Part shown: positions 20,082 through 31,300 of the stretch, piece after piece | How the letters are laid out: each line of letters begins with the position of its first letter | How positions within the stretch are numbered: position 1 is the stretch's first letter | Assembly: GCF_000142905.1 (NCBI RefSeq) | Contig: NW_013657675.1 | Location: 590,704-654,703 of the forward strand | Direction: 5' to 3' | Source: Thecamonas trahens ATCC 50062 | Taxonomy: Eukaryota > Protista > Apusomonadida | DNA length: 64,000 bases | Made by a program: the position numbers and the translations under genes | Notes under the pieces: model-generated | The model's database searches: none | Told to the model about the DNA's origin: nothing | What the model saw: only the letters and a program-made list of their open reading frames with translations

Positions 20082-23000
20082 CTACGGCTCGCAGAACGCC
20101 TTGGGCACGTGGTACATGTCGAGCACGCCGCCCGAGTTGGTTTGCAGCCAGGTGAAGAGCTCGTTGAGGACCATCTGCTCGACGCTTGGCTCCGAGGAGA
20201 GCGCATCTTGCAAGGCAGCGCGCTCGGCATCGCCGATGACACCCGCCCGCGCGGTCCAGGTCTCCAGCTTGTCCTCGACAGCAGCGAGCAGGCTGGGGTC
20301 GCTCATCAGCGCGTCCATGAGCGAGCCGCGGAGAGAAGCGAACCGGTCGTGGTACACCGCTGTCATCCACGTCGACCGGAGGTGGGCGAGCAGGTCGCGC
20401 TTGGCCTCGCTGCTTTCCAGCTGCAGGTACGACGCTGGCAAGCCGTGGAGCTGCAGCAAGTTGCAGGCCTCGACCGGTTTGCTTCCGACGTAGGTGAGCG
20501 AGGCGATGAGGCCGTGGGCGTCGATTTGGAGCGCGAGGTACCCGTTGTCCTCGCTCCGGGTCGAAATCTCGCGGCCGTAGTCCTCGTGCCGCGACGCGGT
20601 GGCGTACGGGATCCGCCGGCCTGGGTTGGCAAAGTGAAAGTAGTACGTGGGAGTTGACGGGTGCGAGATGAGCGGCATGCCGACCGCCATCGGCTGCTCG
20701 AATCGCGGCAGCTCGAGCGGAGCTAGCTCAACAAGCGGGCCCGGGTCCAGCGGATCGAGGTCTTCCTTGACGGCTGCCGCGAGGTGGTGGCCAATCTCCA
20801 GCGAGTTGTACTCGGCCATCTTGAGGCTGGTGTAGTACCGGTTGGAGAACTTGGTGAGCGGGCCAGCGCCGAGAATGGCAGGGTCGATGGTCTTGAACTC
20901 GCCGTCGACCACTAGCCCGCCGTCGTAGACGAGGCAGCAGCCGTTAATGGCGTGGAACATGTCGACGTCGACCTGCGCCCCGCAAGCCACCACCAGCATC
21001 GAGCACGGAAGCCGAATGTGGTCGGCCTCGTCGGCGCCTGCCTCGCCCAACCCAGTACCACTCCGCGAGCCGGACCAGGTCCCACTCTTGCTGGCCAGCG
21101 CAGCTGCATTCGCCTCCTCTTCTTCGGCGAGGATGACAGCGAGGAGGGTTCCGGCCCGGTGCTCGTAGTTGATGACAACCAGGTCACGGACAAGCTTGAC
21201 GCCGAGTGCGGCGACGCCCGACGCCACCGCGTCGTCAACCACAAACTCGTTGAAGCACGAGGTGCGGGTGGCCTCGGGTCCGCTCTCCGGCGGGACGAGG
21301 AACGTGATGAGCTCCGGCGAGACGCCTGCGGCAAGGAGGCCAAAGACGGCGGCGTGAGCATCGAGCGATGCGCCGTAGACCACAACTCGCTCGCCGGTGG
21401 CGACGACGTGCGACTCGGCGTAGGCGACGATGCCTGCGACGTCGGTCTCGCCGTTGAGGGTAAACACGCCCTCGAGGATCTCGCCGGTCACGCCCACGTC
21501 GCCGACGTCGTCCTGGACCAGCATCGGCGCCGCGTACTGTTGTCCGGTGGTGAGGGCGAGCTTTTCGTACGGGAGGACCGAGCCGTCAGAGAGCATGACC
21601 GCCCGCAGCTCACGGTCGATCATCATGACCTTGGTGTGAAGGACGTTGACCGAGGCACCGATGGCCAACTGCGAGAGGACCCGCGCCGTGTAGTTGAGGT
21701 TGTTCGGAATGAAGCAGCGCTCGACGGCACTCGCCCTCGTCGGGAGGCCACCCGGTGAGACCAACGTGATGTTGCTAAAGTGGATGTACGGGAGGAGGAC
21801 GAGGCTCTCGAGGACCGAGAGGCCGGTGTCGGAGGCGCCGACGACGACGACCCGTGCGTTGGCCACAACCTTGGGCTCCCAACGGAGCTTGGGCGCAAAG
21901 GTCCACAGGCCAAACGCAGTGTTGGCGTCGACGATGCCGGCCGGCTCGCCGTTGACCTCGACAAATGGGTGCGGCAGTCGGACATCGTTGTGAGAGTCGT
22001 CGTCGGCGTCGTCGACGAGCGAGCTCCCGCCCTGCTCCTTCCGCGGCTTGTACTTGAGCGCGTTGGCCTCGGCGCCTGGCGGGAAGTGGATGAGTCGGCG
22101 CGGACGGACCTGGATCATGACCTGCAGCAGCGGCGGAATGGGTGAAAAGCCAAAGACCTTGTAGTAGAGAGCCGAGGTGCCGGCGACGCGAGCAAGCTCG
22201 TTGAGGAGGAGCGAGCCGTGCTGGTCGAACATCGGGTTGACGACGGCCTCGGCAAGGTGACTGTGGGCGCGGGTCGCCCGCTCGTTGAGCGCGAGCACCG
22301 AGTCCACCTCGTACGCCGCCGACAGCGAGTCGATGTCCAGCTCGGAGGAGAGGACAAAGAGGCCGACGACTTGGGCCGAGGCCTCGGCCACGTACACTCG
22401 TGACGTGATCGATGAGAAGACCGAGGCCTGTAGCCGTTCCTGGGCCTCCAGCCGCATGACGTCGTCGTAGAGCGACTGGATCTCGGCCTCGCGCTGGAGG
22501 CCGTCGAGCAGGCGCGCGATCTGGACTGCGTCGCTGGGTGCAGCGCGGCGGACGCCGAGCTTGGGAGAGAGCGCGTCGCGGTGGAGGATGTACAACATGT
22601 GAGGAAAGGTCGAGATGGACTTGGGCTTGACCGTGCCAAAGGCGCGGAGGAGCGGGAACTCGGCGACCTCGTGCGGGAGCGTGAGGATGCAGTACTCGCG
22701 ATCCGGGAAGAGCTCAAAGGCAAGCGGAAGAAAGTCAACCGACCGCGACTCGTACCGGCTGTCGAGACAGAAGAGCGAGATGGCAAAGGCGTTGAGGACG
22801 ACGGCGCCGCCGGCGTCGCTGACCATGGAGCTCGCGCTCCCGCTCCGCGACTGGACCGATGAGTACCCGGCCGACGAGGCTGAGCTCGAGGTAGAGTTGG
22901 CGGTCGACGGGCGGGAGTGGTCGCCGCTGTCGTCTGCTCGGTCGTCGGCGGCGGTCTCGTCGACCGCGATGCCGAGCTTCTGAAAGTCGACGTCCTCGTC

Positions 23001-24113
23001 GATGGGCACAGCAATGTGGGAGAAGCTGTCAGCGACCGAGGCCTCGGTCGGGAGCGCGTCGCCGCCAGCAGCGGCGGCAGCAGCGGCGGCCACTTGTTCG
23101 GGATGAAGCGGGAAGCCGGCTTCGGGCCTCAGGAGCTCCGAGTACGGCTCGAGCTCAAAGCACTCTTGCAGGAGAGTGACGTCGATGTCGGCGACGAGCG
23201 CCATGAGACCAACAGCGTAGCCGTCGACCTCGGAAACAATGACCCGGTTGGCAGCGTCTTGGTTCTCGATGAGATCCGAGAGGAAGAACTCACCGTAGCG
23301 CGAGGAGAGCAGCTCCGACTGGGCGTCAAAAATCGGGGCGAGGTCGTCGTTGTCCTCCACCGCAGCCGGCCGCATCGTCAGCTTGGGCACGTACCCGGCC
23401 CGCTCAACGTATGTCAACGGAACCTGCTCGCCAACCGGGGTAGTCGGCTGGAGGGTGCTGGCAAAGGCGGCAGCCAGCTCCGGCATTGCATTCAGCGAGG
23501 CTGCGGGATTGATAGCCGACGGCACAGGCAGCAGCACGGCATCGACCTGAACCATGGTAGCGAATCCCGACTCGAGCACCGCCTGCAGCGCGGCGGCACC
23601 GGCCTCGGCCGACAGCGCCGGTGCACGGGCGTAGCACGCCAGCCACGCCGAGTTGCACGGCGTGAGCTCGCTATGTGTCCACCCGGACGACTCGGTGGTC
23701 AGCGGCGAGAGATCAGCGCCAGAAGCCGCGGGTGTGGCGATGGAAGAGATGGGAGATGCCGGCGAGGTAGGCGAGGTAGGCGCAGGGGGGGAAGCAGACG
23801 AAGTAGACGAGGCAGACGAGGTGGAAGTGGCGGCGACGAGCGGAGCGGTATCAAAGTTTTGAGCCAGCCACTCTGGCCAAACAAGGGGATTGATGACGGA
23901 TTCGAGATGGGTGAAGAGCGGAGCACTGGCAAAGGCAGCAAAGGCCACCAGTTCGCCCGACTCCAACTGAGCCACAACCGTCAGTGTCGTGTTCTCCACC
24001 AGAGCACCAGCCGAAGTCACATCGAACAGCGCCTTGTTGCCTTCAGGCTGAGCGTCCAGCAGTTGTTGCAGGCCAGCCACATGGCTCTCCTCTGCCCGGA
24101 CGAGGGTCAGCAT
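20082..24113 (-). CDS. CFAP61: Cilia- and flagella-associated protein 61 (start uncertain)
   Basis: RPAAVEDNDDLAPIF, YGEFFL, NAFAISLFCLDSRYESRS, FPDREYC, NARVVVVGASDTGLSVLE, CLVYDGGLVVD motifs. Confidence 0.92.
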   Translation of the reverse strand: MLTLVRAEESHVAGLQQLLDAQPEGNKALFDVTSAGALVENTTLTVVAQLESGELVAFAAFASAPLFTHLESVINPLVWPEWLAQNFDTAPLVAATSTSSASSTSSASPPAPTSPTSPASPISSIATPAASGADLSPLTTESSGWTHSELTPCNSAWLACYARAPALSAEAGAAALQAVLESGFATMVQVDAVLLPVPSAINPAASLNAMPELAAAFASTLQPTTPVGEQVPLTYVERAGYVPKLTMRPAAVEDNDDLAPIFDAQSELLSSRYGEFFLSDLIENQDAANRVIVSEVDGYAVGLMALVADIDVTLLQECFELEPYSELLRPEAGFPLHPEQVAAAAAAAAGGDALPTEASVADSFSHIAVPIDEDVDFQKLGIAVDETAADDRADDSGDHSRPSTANSTSSSASSAGYSSVQSRSGSASSMVSDAGGAVVLNAFAISLFCLDSRYESRSVDFLPLAFELFPDREYCILTLPHEVAEFPLLRAFGTVKPKSISTFPHMLYILHRDALSPKLGVRRAAPSDAVQIARLLDGLQREAEIQSLYDDVMRLEAQERLQASVFSSITSRVYVAEASAQVVGLFVLSSELDIDSLSAAYEVDSVLALNERATRAHSHLAEAVVNPMFDQHGSLLLNELARVAGTSALYYKVFGFSPIPPLLQVMIQVRPRRLIHFPPGAEANALKYKPRKEQGGSSLVDDADDDSHNDVRLPHPFVEVNGEPAGIVDANTAFGLWTFAPKLRWEPKVVANARVVVVGASDTGLSVLESLVLLPYIHFSNITLVSPGGLPTRASAVERCFIPNNLNYTARVLSQLAIGASVNVLHTKVMMIDRELRAVMLSDGSVLPYEKLALTTGQQYAAPMLVQDDVGDVGVTGEILEGVFTLNGETDVAGIVAYAESHVVATGERVVVYGASLDAHAAVFGLLAAGVSPELITFLVPPESGPEATRTSCFNEFVVDDAVASGVAALGVKLVRDLVVINYEHRAGTLLAVILAEEEEANAAALASKSGTWSGSRSGTGLGEAGADEADHIRLPCSMLVVACGAQVDVDMFHAINGCCLVYDGGLVVDGEFKTIDPAILGAGPLTKFSNRYYTSLKMAEYNSLEIGHHLAAAVKEDLDPLDPGPLVELAPLELPRFEQPMAVGMPLISHPSTPTYYFHFANPGRRIPYATASRHEDYGREISTRSEDNGYLALQIDAHGLIASLTYVGSKPVEACNLLQLHGLPASYLQLESSEAKRDLLAHLRSTWMTAVYHDRFASLRGSLMDALMSDPSLLAAVEDKLETWTARAGVIGDAERAALQDALSSEPSVEQMVLNELFTWLQTNSGGVLDMYHVPKAFCEP

Positions 24114-24132
24114 ACGGCCAGATAGGGAGCGA

Positions 24133-24198
24133 GGTGGTGGTAGCGGTGGTGGTAGCGGTGGTGGTGGTGGTGGTGGTGGTGGTGGTGGTGGTGGTGGT
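24133..24198. repeat. (GGT)n microsatellite
   Basis: Direct reading. Confidence 0.9.
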
Positions 24199-24410
24199 AG
24201 GGTGTGGTAGGGTGCCGTGGTGAGTGTGGAGAGGTGTGGAGTGGTCGTGGTCGTTGGTCGTACGCTCGTCGGTGCGTCGGTTGGCGCCGTCCTGCTGTTG
24301 GTGGCTGACACGGGCTGGACCAGGTGATGTGGGGAGGGCGGGGCGGGGAGGGCGGGGGTATGGGAGGAAGGGGGTAAGGGAGGGGGTAAGGGAGGGAGAT
24401 GTGAGCGATT

Positions 24411-24473
24411 TGGGCGATGTGGGCGATGTGGGCGATGTGGGCGATGTGGGCGATGTGGGCGATGTGGGCGATG
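24411..24473. repeat. (TGGGCGATG)x7 tandem repeat
   Basis: Seven 9-mer copies. Confidence 0.9.
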
Positions 24474-24792
24474 CGAGCTAGGTGCGGCAAGGAGGGGGCG
24501 GTGGGCACGGCCCGGGCTCATCATGATGACCGCCTACTTCTACATATACTCAATCCAGCCACATCGCAGTATTCTCCTTCGACCCATCTATGATAAATGC
24601 AAAGAACATCCGTCCGTTCCCCCAACACCCCTCATCGCTCATGCCAACGCAGTCGGTGGCTTGTCGTGCGGCGTGTGGGGGGAAAAGGTGCCGTTGCGGG
24701 TCATTGGCGCCCGACGACGACGATGACAACGGGGAGAGGTAGCTGAGGGGGGGGGGGATAGGGATTGGAAGAGACAGACTCAACGCAGCAGG

Positions 24793-25530
24793 ATGTCCAA
24801 CTACAACACATCAGGGAGGAACAAGACGCTTGTGGGGACGTGGTTTGAGGAGCGAGCATGGGAGGGAGCGCGTAGTCATGCCACAGCAAGGAGCGGCCTG
24901 GACGGAGGAGGACGGCGAGTCAAGGGAAGGGTACCGGCAAACTATCCTGGAGCACTTGAGCATGCAGCAGCACACACTGGGACTTTTAGAGCAGATGCAT
25001 CAGGATTGTCACTGCCGCATGCTGCCGAGAACAATCTCATCTCATCTTCTCGTATTGCCTATGCCCCTCCTCCGCTGCATACCCGTCCTGTGGCCGTCAA
25101 CGGTCGGCGATCTGCTCGTCGCAAGGCCGAACTCTGGGCTGCTGCACAGGCCGTGGTCGAGGCAGAGGCAAAGGCGCTAGAAGAGGCTGATGTCGAGCCG
25201 TGGGAGTCGACGTATCGGGCAGAGCTTGCCGACAACGTGCCCGAGCCGCTCGACATCGATGAAGCCGTGCTGGGCACGCATGCTCGCAAGGACGACGTCA
25301 TCGCTGGCTCGTATGCCGAGCTTGTCCACGACGTCCCGCTCTCGGTCTGGCGCGACCGGCTCGGCCGTGAGCAGCTGGGCACCGCCACCACTGGCGCTAA
25401 CGCCTTTGGCCGTAACGCCGGCTTTTCGCAGCCCATCCACGAGTACGACCGCGCGTACACAAAGATCGAAGAGGGCGCGCCGCCGCCGTCAACCGCCTCG
25501 GCGTCCAACCCGATCAAGTACGCGGCATGA
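24793..25530 (+). CDS. SPAG8/FAP143-like ciliary microtubule inner protein
   Basis: N-terminal LVGTWFEER (GxW-EER motif), GRR-helix, ESTY, PLSVW and C-terminal FGRNAGFSQPI resemble the SPAG8 block order as I recall it. Confidence 0.6.
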   Translation: MSNYNTSGRNKTLVGTWFEERAWEGARSHATARSGLDGGGRRVKGRVPANYPGALEHAAAHTGTFRADASGLSLPHAAENNLISSSRIAYAPPPLHTRPVAVNGRRSARRKAELWAAAQAVVEAEAKALEEADVEPWESTYRAELADNVPEPLDIDEAVLGTHARKDDVIAGSYAELVHDVPLSVWRDRLGREQLGTATTGANAFGRNAGFSQPIHEYDRAYTKIEEGAPPPSTASASNPIKYAA

Positions 25531-25904
25531 AGCCAGACTACGAACACCCCACACCTACACACCGCCCACACATCGCATCACACTACCTCTGACAATGCTT
25601 ATCATAACTGCACCACTAAAAACCAACCCAACCAGCCAGCCACCCAGCTGCGACCGACCGGTCACCCAGCTGGCGACCGACCGACCGACCGCGTTGCGTG
25701 CCAGCCACCAGCCGCCCGGACCCCCCCCCCCCCCCGCCACCAACCCACTACAGCGGCGGCACTGGCACCAGGTTCACCCCTCTGCACTCCACCCCACGCA
25801 CGCCGACGGCCACCTTCCCTCCCTCTCTCCCTCCCCTCCCCCCCTCCCCCCTCCTCCCTTTCCTCCAAACTCACTCCTTTTTCGCTGGCATACCGCTACC
25901 TTAG

Positions 25905-27139
25905 GTGATGTGCCCATGTCGTGTGTGGACGCATTCATGCTCAAGGTGCTGGAGATGGAGGCTGATGAGGCTGTTGTTCCTGTCTTTGAACTCTCTGGAG
26001 TCTCTTATCTCTTTGTCTCGCTCTCTTCGCTCTACCTCTTGGCTGTGACGAGGAAGAACTCCAACGCTGCCATGATCATGACCTTCCTCCATCGCTTTGC
26101 CAACGTCCTCACCGAGTACTTCAACGAGGTCGAGGAGGAGTCGATCCGGGACAACTTTGTGGTCACGTACGAGCTGCTTGACGAAGTCATGGACTTTGGT
26201 CTCCCGCAGACGACCGACTCCAACATCCTCAAGGAGTACATCTTTGAGGAGGGTCACAAGCTGAGCAAGAAGGGCAAGGCTGCGTCGTCCAAGCAGGTCA
26301 CCGTGCCCATGACCGTCACCAACGCCGTCTCGTGGCGATCGGAGGGCATTGTCTACCGGCGCAACGAGGTGTTCCTTGATGTCGTCGAGTCGCTCAACCT
26401 CCTTGTCTCGGCCACCGGCACGGTCCTCCGCTCGGAGATTGTGGGCTCGGTCCAGATGCGGACGTATCTCTCGGGCATGCCTGAGCTCCGGCTCGGCCTC
26501 AACGACCGCACCCTGTACGAGGCTGTCGGCGCCGGCGCCTCGCGCAAGTCGGTCGAGATGGAGGACATCAAGTTCCACCAGTGTGTCCGCCTCTCGCGCT
26601 TTGAGCGCGACCGCACGATCTCGTTCATCCCGCCCGACGGCGAGTTTGAGCTCATGTCGTACCGCATGCAGACCTCGGCCAAGCCGCTCATCTGGATCAC
26701 TCCCATCGTCGAACGCCACAAGGGCTCGCGCGTCGAGTACATGATCAAGGTCACCCCGCAGTTCAAGGCCCGCTCCATGGCCAACAACGTCGTCATCCGC
26801 ATCCCGGTCCCCGCAGACTCGGACTCGCCCAAGATCAAGACCTCCAACGGCTCGGCAAAGTACGCCCCGCAGGACGACATGATCGTGTGGACCATCAAGC
26901 AGCTCCGCGCCACCGACGGCGAGTGCTTCCTCCGCGCTCACTTTGGCCTTTCCTCGCTCGCCTCGGAGGAGTCGGACGCAAAGCCGCCCATCCAGCTGGA
27001 GTTTGAGATTCCGTTCCAGACCCTCTCGGGCGTCGTCGTCCGCTACATGAAGGTCCTCGAGGCCTCGGCCGGCTATCAGGCCCTCCCCTGGGTCCGCTAC
27101 CTTACCCGGAGCGGCTCAGTCGAGTTCCGTACCAAGTAA
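25905..27139 (+). CDS. AP1M1: AP-1 complex mu subunit (main exon; first ~20 codons not found)
   Basis: After acceptor CTTAG (25904): GDVPMS...EEESIRDNFVVTYELLDEVMDFG, TNAVSWRSEGI, MEDIKFHQCVRL, ISFIPPDGEFELMSY, YQALPWVRY. Confidence 0.95.
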
Positions 27140-27558
27140 ATGCGTCGCAGGACTCGGTGGTGAGCGAACGGGCGATGTACCGCTAGCTTGGCGAGGCGAG
27201 CTCAAATTCGGCGATCGCCATGTTTAGATTTCGACAAGCCCTTTTGTGCTGCTCAGTCTCAACCGTCAGCCCTTCTCATCCACATCATCTCCTTCTGCGT
27301 CCCCACACCAGCCCATGCAGCCGACTGGATTGTCACCAACCATCCCCATCGCTACACTACGAGCTTCCTCAGCAGGTGTGAATCAGCCGTAGCGCAGGAA
27401 GACCCCCCCCAAAAAAACACAGTGCAGCAACAAGTCACGCGGGCGCACTCATTCGGCTCAGGCCTTCTTTCGAGTGACAGAGGCGAGCGGCGCGGGCGGG
27501 CGCGGGGGCGGGGGAGTACGGCAACACCTCTCGCGCGAAAAGTTGACCTCTACCGACG

Positions 27559-29250
27559 ATGAGGTTGACAGGGGAGGTTGCCCTTGTTGGACTTGTGGCG
27601 CTCATGGTGTGCGGTCTGTGTGGGGAGGCGGGCGCGACGAGCTTGAGCCGTATGACAAGCTACGGACCGGTGACGGGTGCAGTGTCCAAGGCGTATCCGT
27701 CGGTCATTGCCTGGCAGGGCATTCCATTTGCTGCGCCTCCTACAGGCGATCTTCGATTCAAGCCACCGCAGGCACCCAAGTCATGGACGGAGCCTTTGAT
27801 GACGACCGATTCTGGACCTGGCTGCCCGATGTATGTCGAGCCTGTGCTGAAGGGAACCGAGGACTGCCTGTATCTCGATGTCTACGCGCCGATCAACGTC
27901 ACGGCGGATACCCAGGTTATGGTCTTCATCCATGGCGGCGGGTACGTCATTGGCAACGACTACCACAAAGGGCTGTACGATGGCGCGCACCTGGCGGCCA
28001 AGCACGGCGTCATTGTGGTGGCGATGAACTACCGGCTCTCGGTGCTTGGCTTTCTCGCGCTCGACGCGCTCAAGGTCGAGGCCGGCGGTACGACCGGCAA
28101 TTACGGGCTCCAGGACCAGCAGCTTGCACTCAAGTGGGTGGCAAGCAACATTGCGGCGTTTGGCGGCGATCCGGACTCTGTGCTGCTGTTTGGCGAGTCG
28201 GCGGGCGCCTTTTCGCTCTGCTGGCACCTTGTCTCGCCAGGCTCCAAGGGCCTGTTTGCGGCGGTGCTCTTTGAGTCGGGCAACTGCGACTCGCCGTCGT
28301 TCTTTCGGCCGTACGAGTACGCGACCAACTTTTCGGCGGGCTACGCGGCACATGTCGGGTGCGATCCGGATGCACTCTCCGAGGCGGAGCTGCTGGGCTG
28401 CCTCCGTGCGCTGCCTTTACCCAAGCTTATCGACGGCGGAGTGCTCCTTGCTGGTGGCAGCGGCGGCAGCGTTGGACGGTTCCCGCCGGATGTGTTCTGG
28501 CCCAAGCTCGCGCCGATCATGCCGTGGGGCATTGCCATCGACGGCTCGCCAGCTGGACTGACAGGCGTGCCTTCTAAGCTCATTGCGGCCGGCAAGGGGA
28601 TGTCGAACGTGCCGTTGCTTATGGGCACAAACCGCAACGAGGGCTCAATCTTTCTGCCTATGATGATTGCGATGGTGCCCGGCATTGACGTGCTCCCGCT
28701 ATCGGAGCGGACGGCGCTCCTTGTCCTCTCGCACTTTTTCAACAGCTCAGTGGTTGCTCAAGCGCGCGAGCTCTACCCGCGGTACGCGTACAAGTCGTGG
28801 GACAAGATGGCAAGCGCGCTGCTGACCGACTACTTTTTCGTCTGCTCCGCGCGGCGCATGCTCCGCGCCTTTGGCGCAGCTTACCCGGGCACGCCGCGGT
28901 ACACGTACCGCTACGTGTACAAGACCGACTCGCCGCTGTACCCAGTCTTTGGCGACTACCACTCATCCGAGCTCAAGTTTGTGTTTGGCAACCCGGTCCA
29001 CAACATTCCCTTTGACAAGACCGACTGGACCATGTCCGACATCTTTGGCTGGTACTGGACTAACTACGCCCGTGCCCACGCGCCTTCGGGCGCATCGCCC
29101 TCGTCTGTGGACCCGTATCCGTTCTGGCCGCAGTGGAACGAGACTGCCCAGATCACCCAGCTCCTCGACGTCCCTGTCGGCCAGGAGGCCTTCCTCGACG
29201 ACGTCGTCTGCGACTTTTGGGATCGGGTCAAGGTCGACTACAGCAGCTGA
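27559..29250 (+). CDS. Secreted type-B carboxylesterase/cholinesterase-like protein
   Basis: Signal peptide, GIPFAAPP, EDCLYL, HGGG, GNYGLQDQ, catalytic GESAG, NEG and HSSEL. Confidence 0.93.
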   Translation: MRLTGEVALVGLVALMVCGLCGEAGATSLSRMTSYGPVTGAVSKAYPSVIAWQGIPFAAPPTGDLRFKPPQAPKSWTEPLMTTDSGPGCPMYVEPVLKGTEDCLYLDVYAPINVTADTQVMVFIHGGGYVIGNDYHKGLYDGAHLAAKHGVIVVAMNYRLSVLGFLALDALKVEAGGTTGNYGLQDQQLALKWVASNIAAFGGDPDSVLLFGESAGAFSLCWHLVSPGSKGLFAAVLFESGNCDSPSFFRPYEYATNFSAGYAAHVGCDPDALSEAELLGCLRALPLPKLIDGGVLLAGGSGGSVGRFPPDVFWPKLAPIMPWGIAIDGSPAGLTGVPSKLIAAGKGMSNVPLLMGTNRNEGSIFLPMMIAMVPGIDVLPLSERTALLVLSHFFNSSVVAQARELYPRYAYKSWDKMASALLTDYFFVCSARRMLRAFGAAYPGTPRYTYRYVYKTDSPLYPVFGDYHSSELKFVFGNPVHNIPFDKTDWTMSDIFGWYWTNYARAHAPSGASPSSVDPYPFWPQWNETAQITQLLDVPVGQEAFLDDVVCDFWDRVKVDYSS

Positions 29251-29454
29251 ACGTGGAGGAGAGCCAAGTTAAACTCTTCCCAAGTTCTGACGCGTGCGTG
29301 CATGCCGCCCGCCAGCAGGCAACTGGGCTGGGCGTCAGTCGCCATTCGGCCGAGCGGCGGACGCGAATCGACCGCCACCCCACCCCAGCCCCCCCCCCCC
29401 CCCACCCCCCCCACCCCCAGCCCCCCCCCCCACCCTCCCACCCCCGTGCTCACC

Positions 29455-30885
29455 ATGGTGGCATGGCCGCTCATTCTCATCATCATTGCCATGCTTGCAG
29501 GGCTACTTGTCGTGTGCACGTACATGCTCGCGCACTACCACCATCCTGACGACGCCAACACAGCATGGTTCCCCAAGGCGGTGGTCGTTCTCGGCTTCTC
29601 TGCAGCAGCACTCTCTGTCCTCCTCCTCCCTCTGGACGTAGCTAATCGTAACTCTGGCTCTACCCTCGACATGCTCCTCTTTGTCTACATTGTCTATCCT
29701 TTGGTGGCTTTCCTCGCTCTCGTCGTCATTCCCTTTGCTATGTTTTACTACGAAGCTGAAGAGGCCGAGAACAACTCAAAGTCGAAGCAGCTGTACTCGG
29801 CACTCTGCTACACCTTCTGGACAGTCATTGTCTTTGCTGGCATTGTGGGCATTCTCTATGGCTTGATTGGAAAGGCTGAAATTCCTGTTCAAGCCCTCAC
29901 CGCTCGTCTACAGCCTGGCGATGCGCCGCTCAACACCCCGTGCTCGGGCTGTACCTCGACAAAGGTTGATCTGGTCATCCACGTCTCGCTTCTTGTCTAT
30001 CTGGTTGGTGCCCTATCGTTTGTCGGCATTGTGCTCTTTGTTTGCTTTGGCGGCGTCGGCATGATCGCGCTCCCGGTCGACCTTGTGCGCGACTTTGTCG
30101 ACCGGCCGAGGCGGATCCCGCTCGACGTCCTCGCCCACCGCAAGGTGGAGATCGGGGTGCAGGCGTCGCGGCTGCTTGCCGAGGGCGAGGAGCTGGCGCG
30201 GCGGACGCGCGAGAAGGGTGGGAAGCGCAACCGCAAGGACCGCAAGGCGTATGCCAAGTTTGAGAAGAAGGTGTACCTGCTGGAGAAGAACTTTAAGAAG
30301 AACGTGGTGGCCCACTCGCGCGCCAACACCCGGCACCCGTGGTGGTACGTCTTTGACCTTGTTCTTGGCATCTTCTGCGGCCTAGCCTCGTTCCTCTGGG
30401 TCCTGCACATCATTCTGTACATGATGGTCGACCCGCCGGCGTCGCCGTTCCTCAACGACATGTTCATCGACCTCGACAAGGCCTTCCCGCTCTTTGGCAC
30501 CTCGGCCTATGCCCTCTTCACCCTCTTTCTACTCTGGGCGGTGATCAAGGGCAATGTCAAGGTCGGCCTCCGCATTGCCTGGTTCACCATCCACCCGATG
30601 ATTCCTGGCGAGACGCTCATGTCATCGCTCCTCTTCAACGCTGCCCTCATCCTTCTCTCCTCGCTCGCCGTCACCCAGTTTACCGCCGCCGCCTTTTTCT
30701 CCTACGCGCGCCTCACCGCCGTCTCCTCGGTCTTTGCCGTCCAAATCTCGCACCTCCGCGGCATCAAGCACGTTATCAACAACACCAAGTTCTTCCTTGT
30801 CATCATGATCGGCCTCACCTTTTTGTACTACGCCTGTTGCGGCACGAAGCGCAAGCTCAAGAAGGACGACGACGACGATGACTAG
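29455..30885 (+). CDS. LMBR1-domain membrane protein
   Basis: HPDDANTAWFPK, LLLPLDVAN, IPFAMFYYE, GGVGMIALP, TIHPM...ETLMSSLLFN; multi-TM. Confidence 0.88.
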   Translation: MVAWPLILIIIAMLAGLLVVCTYMLAHYHHPDDANTAWFPKAVVVLGFSAAALSVLLLPLDVANRNSGSTLDMLLFVYIVYPLVAFLALVVIPFAMFYYEAEEAENNSKSKQLYSALCYTFWTVIVFAGIVGILYGLIGKAEIPVQALTARLQPGDAPLNTPCSGCTSTKVDLVIHVSLLVYLVGALSFVGIVLFVCFGGVGMIALPVDLVRDFVDRPRRIPLDVLAHRKVEIGVQASRLLAEGEELARRTREKGGKRNRKDRKAYAKFEKKVYLLEKNFKKNVVAHSRANTRHPWWYVFDLVLGIFCGLASFLWVLHIILYMMVDPPASPFLNDMFIDLDKAFPLFGTSAYALFTLFLLWAVIKGNVKVGLRIAWFTIHPMIPGETLMSSLLFNAALILLSSLAVTQFTAAAFFSYARLTAVSSVFAVQISHLRGIKHVINNTKFFLVIMIGLTFLYYACCGTKRKLKKDDDDDD

Positions 30886-30992
30886 CGTTGTAAACTAGCT
30901 GTGGACCCCCCCCCCCCCCCCCCTCTGCGGCTTCTACGGAGCAGCCGTCCGCGACGCACAAGGCGATCGCATCTCTCCCTTGTGCTTCAATG

Positions 30993-31235
30993 TTACTGCG
31001 ACTGGCCCTGCTCGTTAAAGGCATGGACAACGACATCAAAGGCACGGAGGAACTTGCTGGTGCAGTTGCGGATGCAGGTCGTCTCCGCCGCCGTTAGCCT
31101 GTTTCCAGGCTCGGGCACGCAGTAATCAAAGCAGGTCGACGACATGACGTTGAGCTGCATCTGGATCATGGCCGATGACGCCTGCTCCTGCATAAGATCC
31201 ATGGCATCACCTCCGTTTCCACTGACAAAGTCCAT
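30993..31235 (-). CDS. Mitochondrial small Tim chaperone (Tim13/Tim8-like)
   Basis: Twin CX3C motif CFDYC...CIRNC in an 80-aa ORF. Confidence 0.88.
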   Translation of the reverse strand: MDFVSGNGGDAMDLMQEQASSAMIQMQLNVMSSTCFDYCVPEPGNRLTAAETTCIRNCTSKFLRAFDVVVHAFNEQGQSQ

Positions 31236-31300
31236 CGCAAATAGTGTCAAAGTTGATGGTGGTGTGTGCGGTTCGGTCAGTCTGCTCGATGCGCTAGGGT

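Noticed and set aside
24114-24524. Pro/His-rich N-terminal extension of CFAP61 in the ORF track
   Set aside because: It is translated microsatellite and C-rich spacer or intron DNA.
25526-25598. Possible C/D snoRNA with CACTACCT-CTGA matching 18S AGGUAGUG
   Set aside because: Only 8 bp of pairing, a degenerate C box overlapping a stop codon, and a low-complexity interior.
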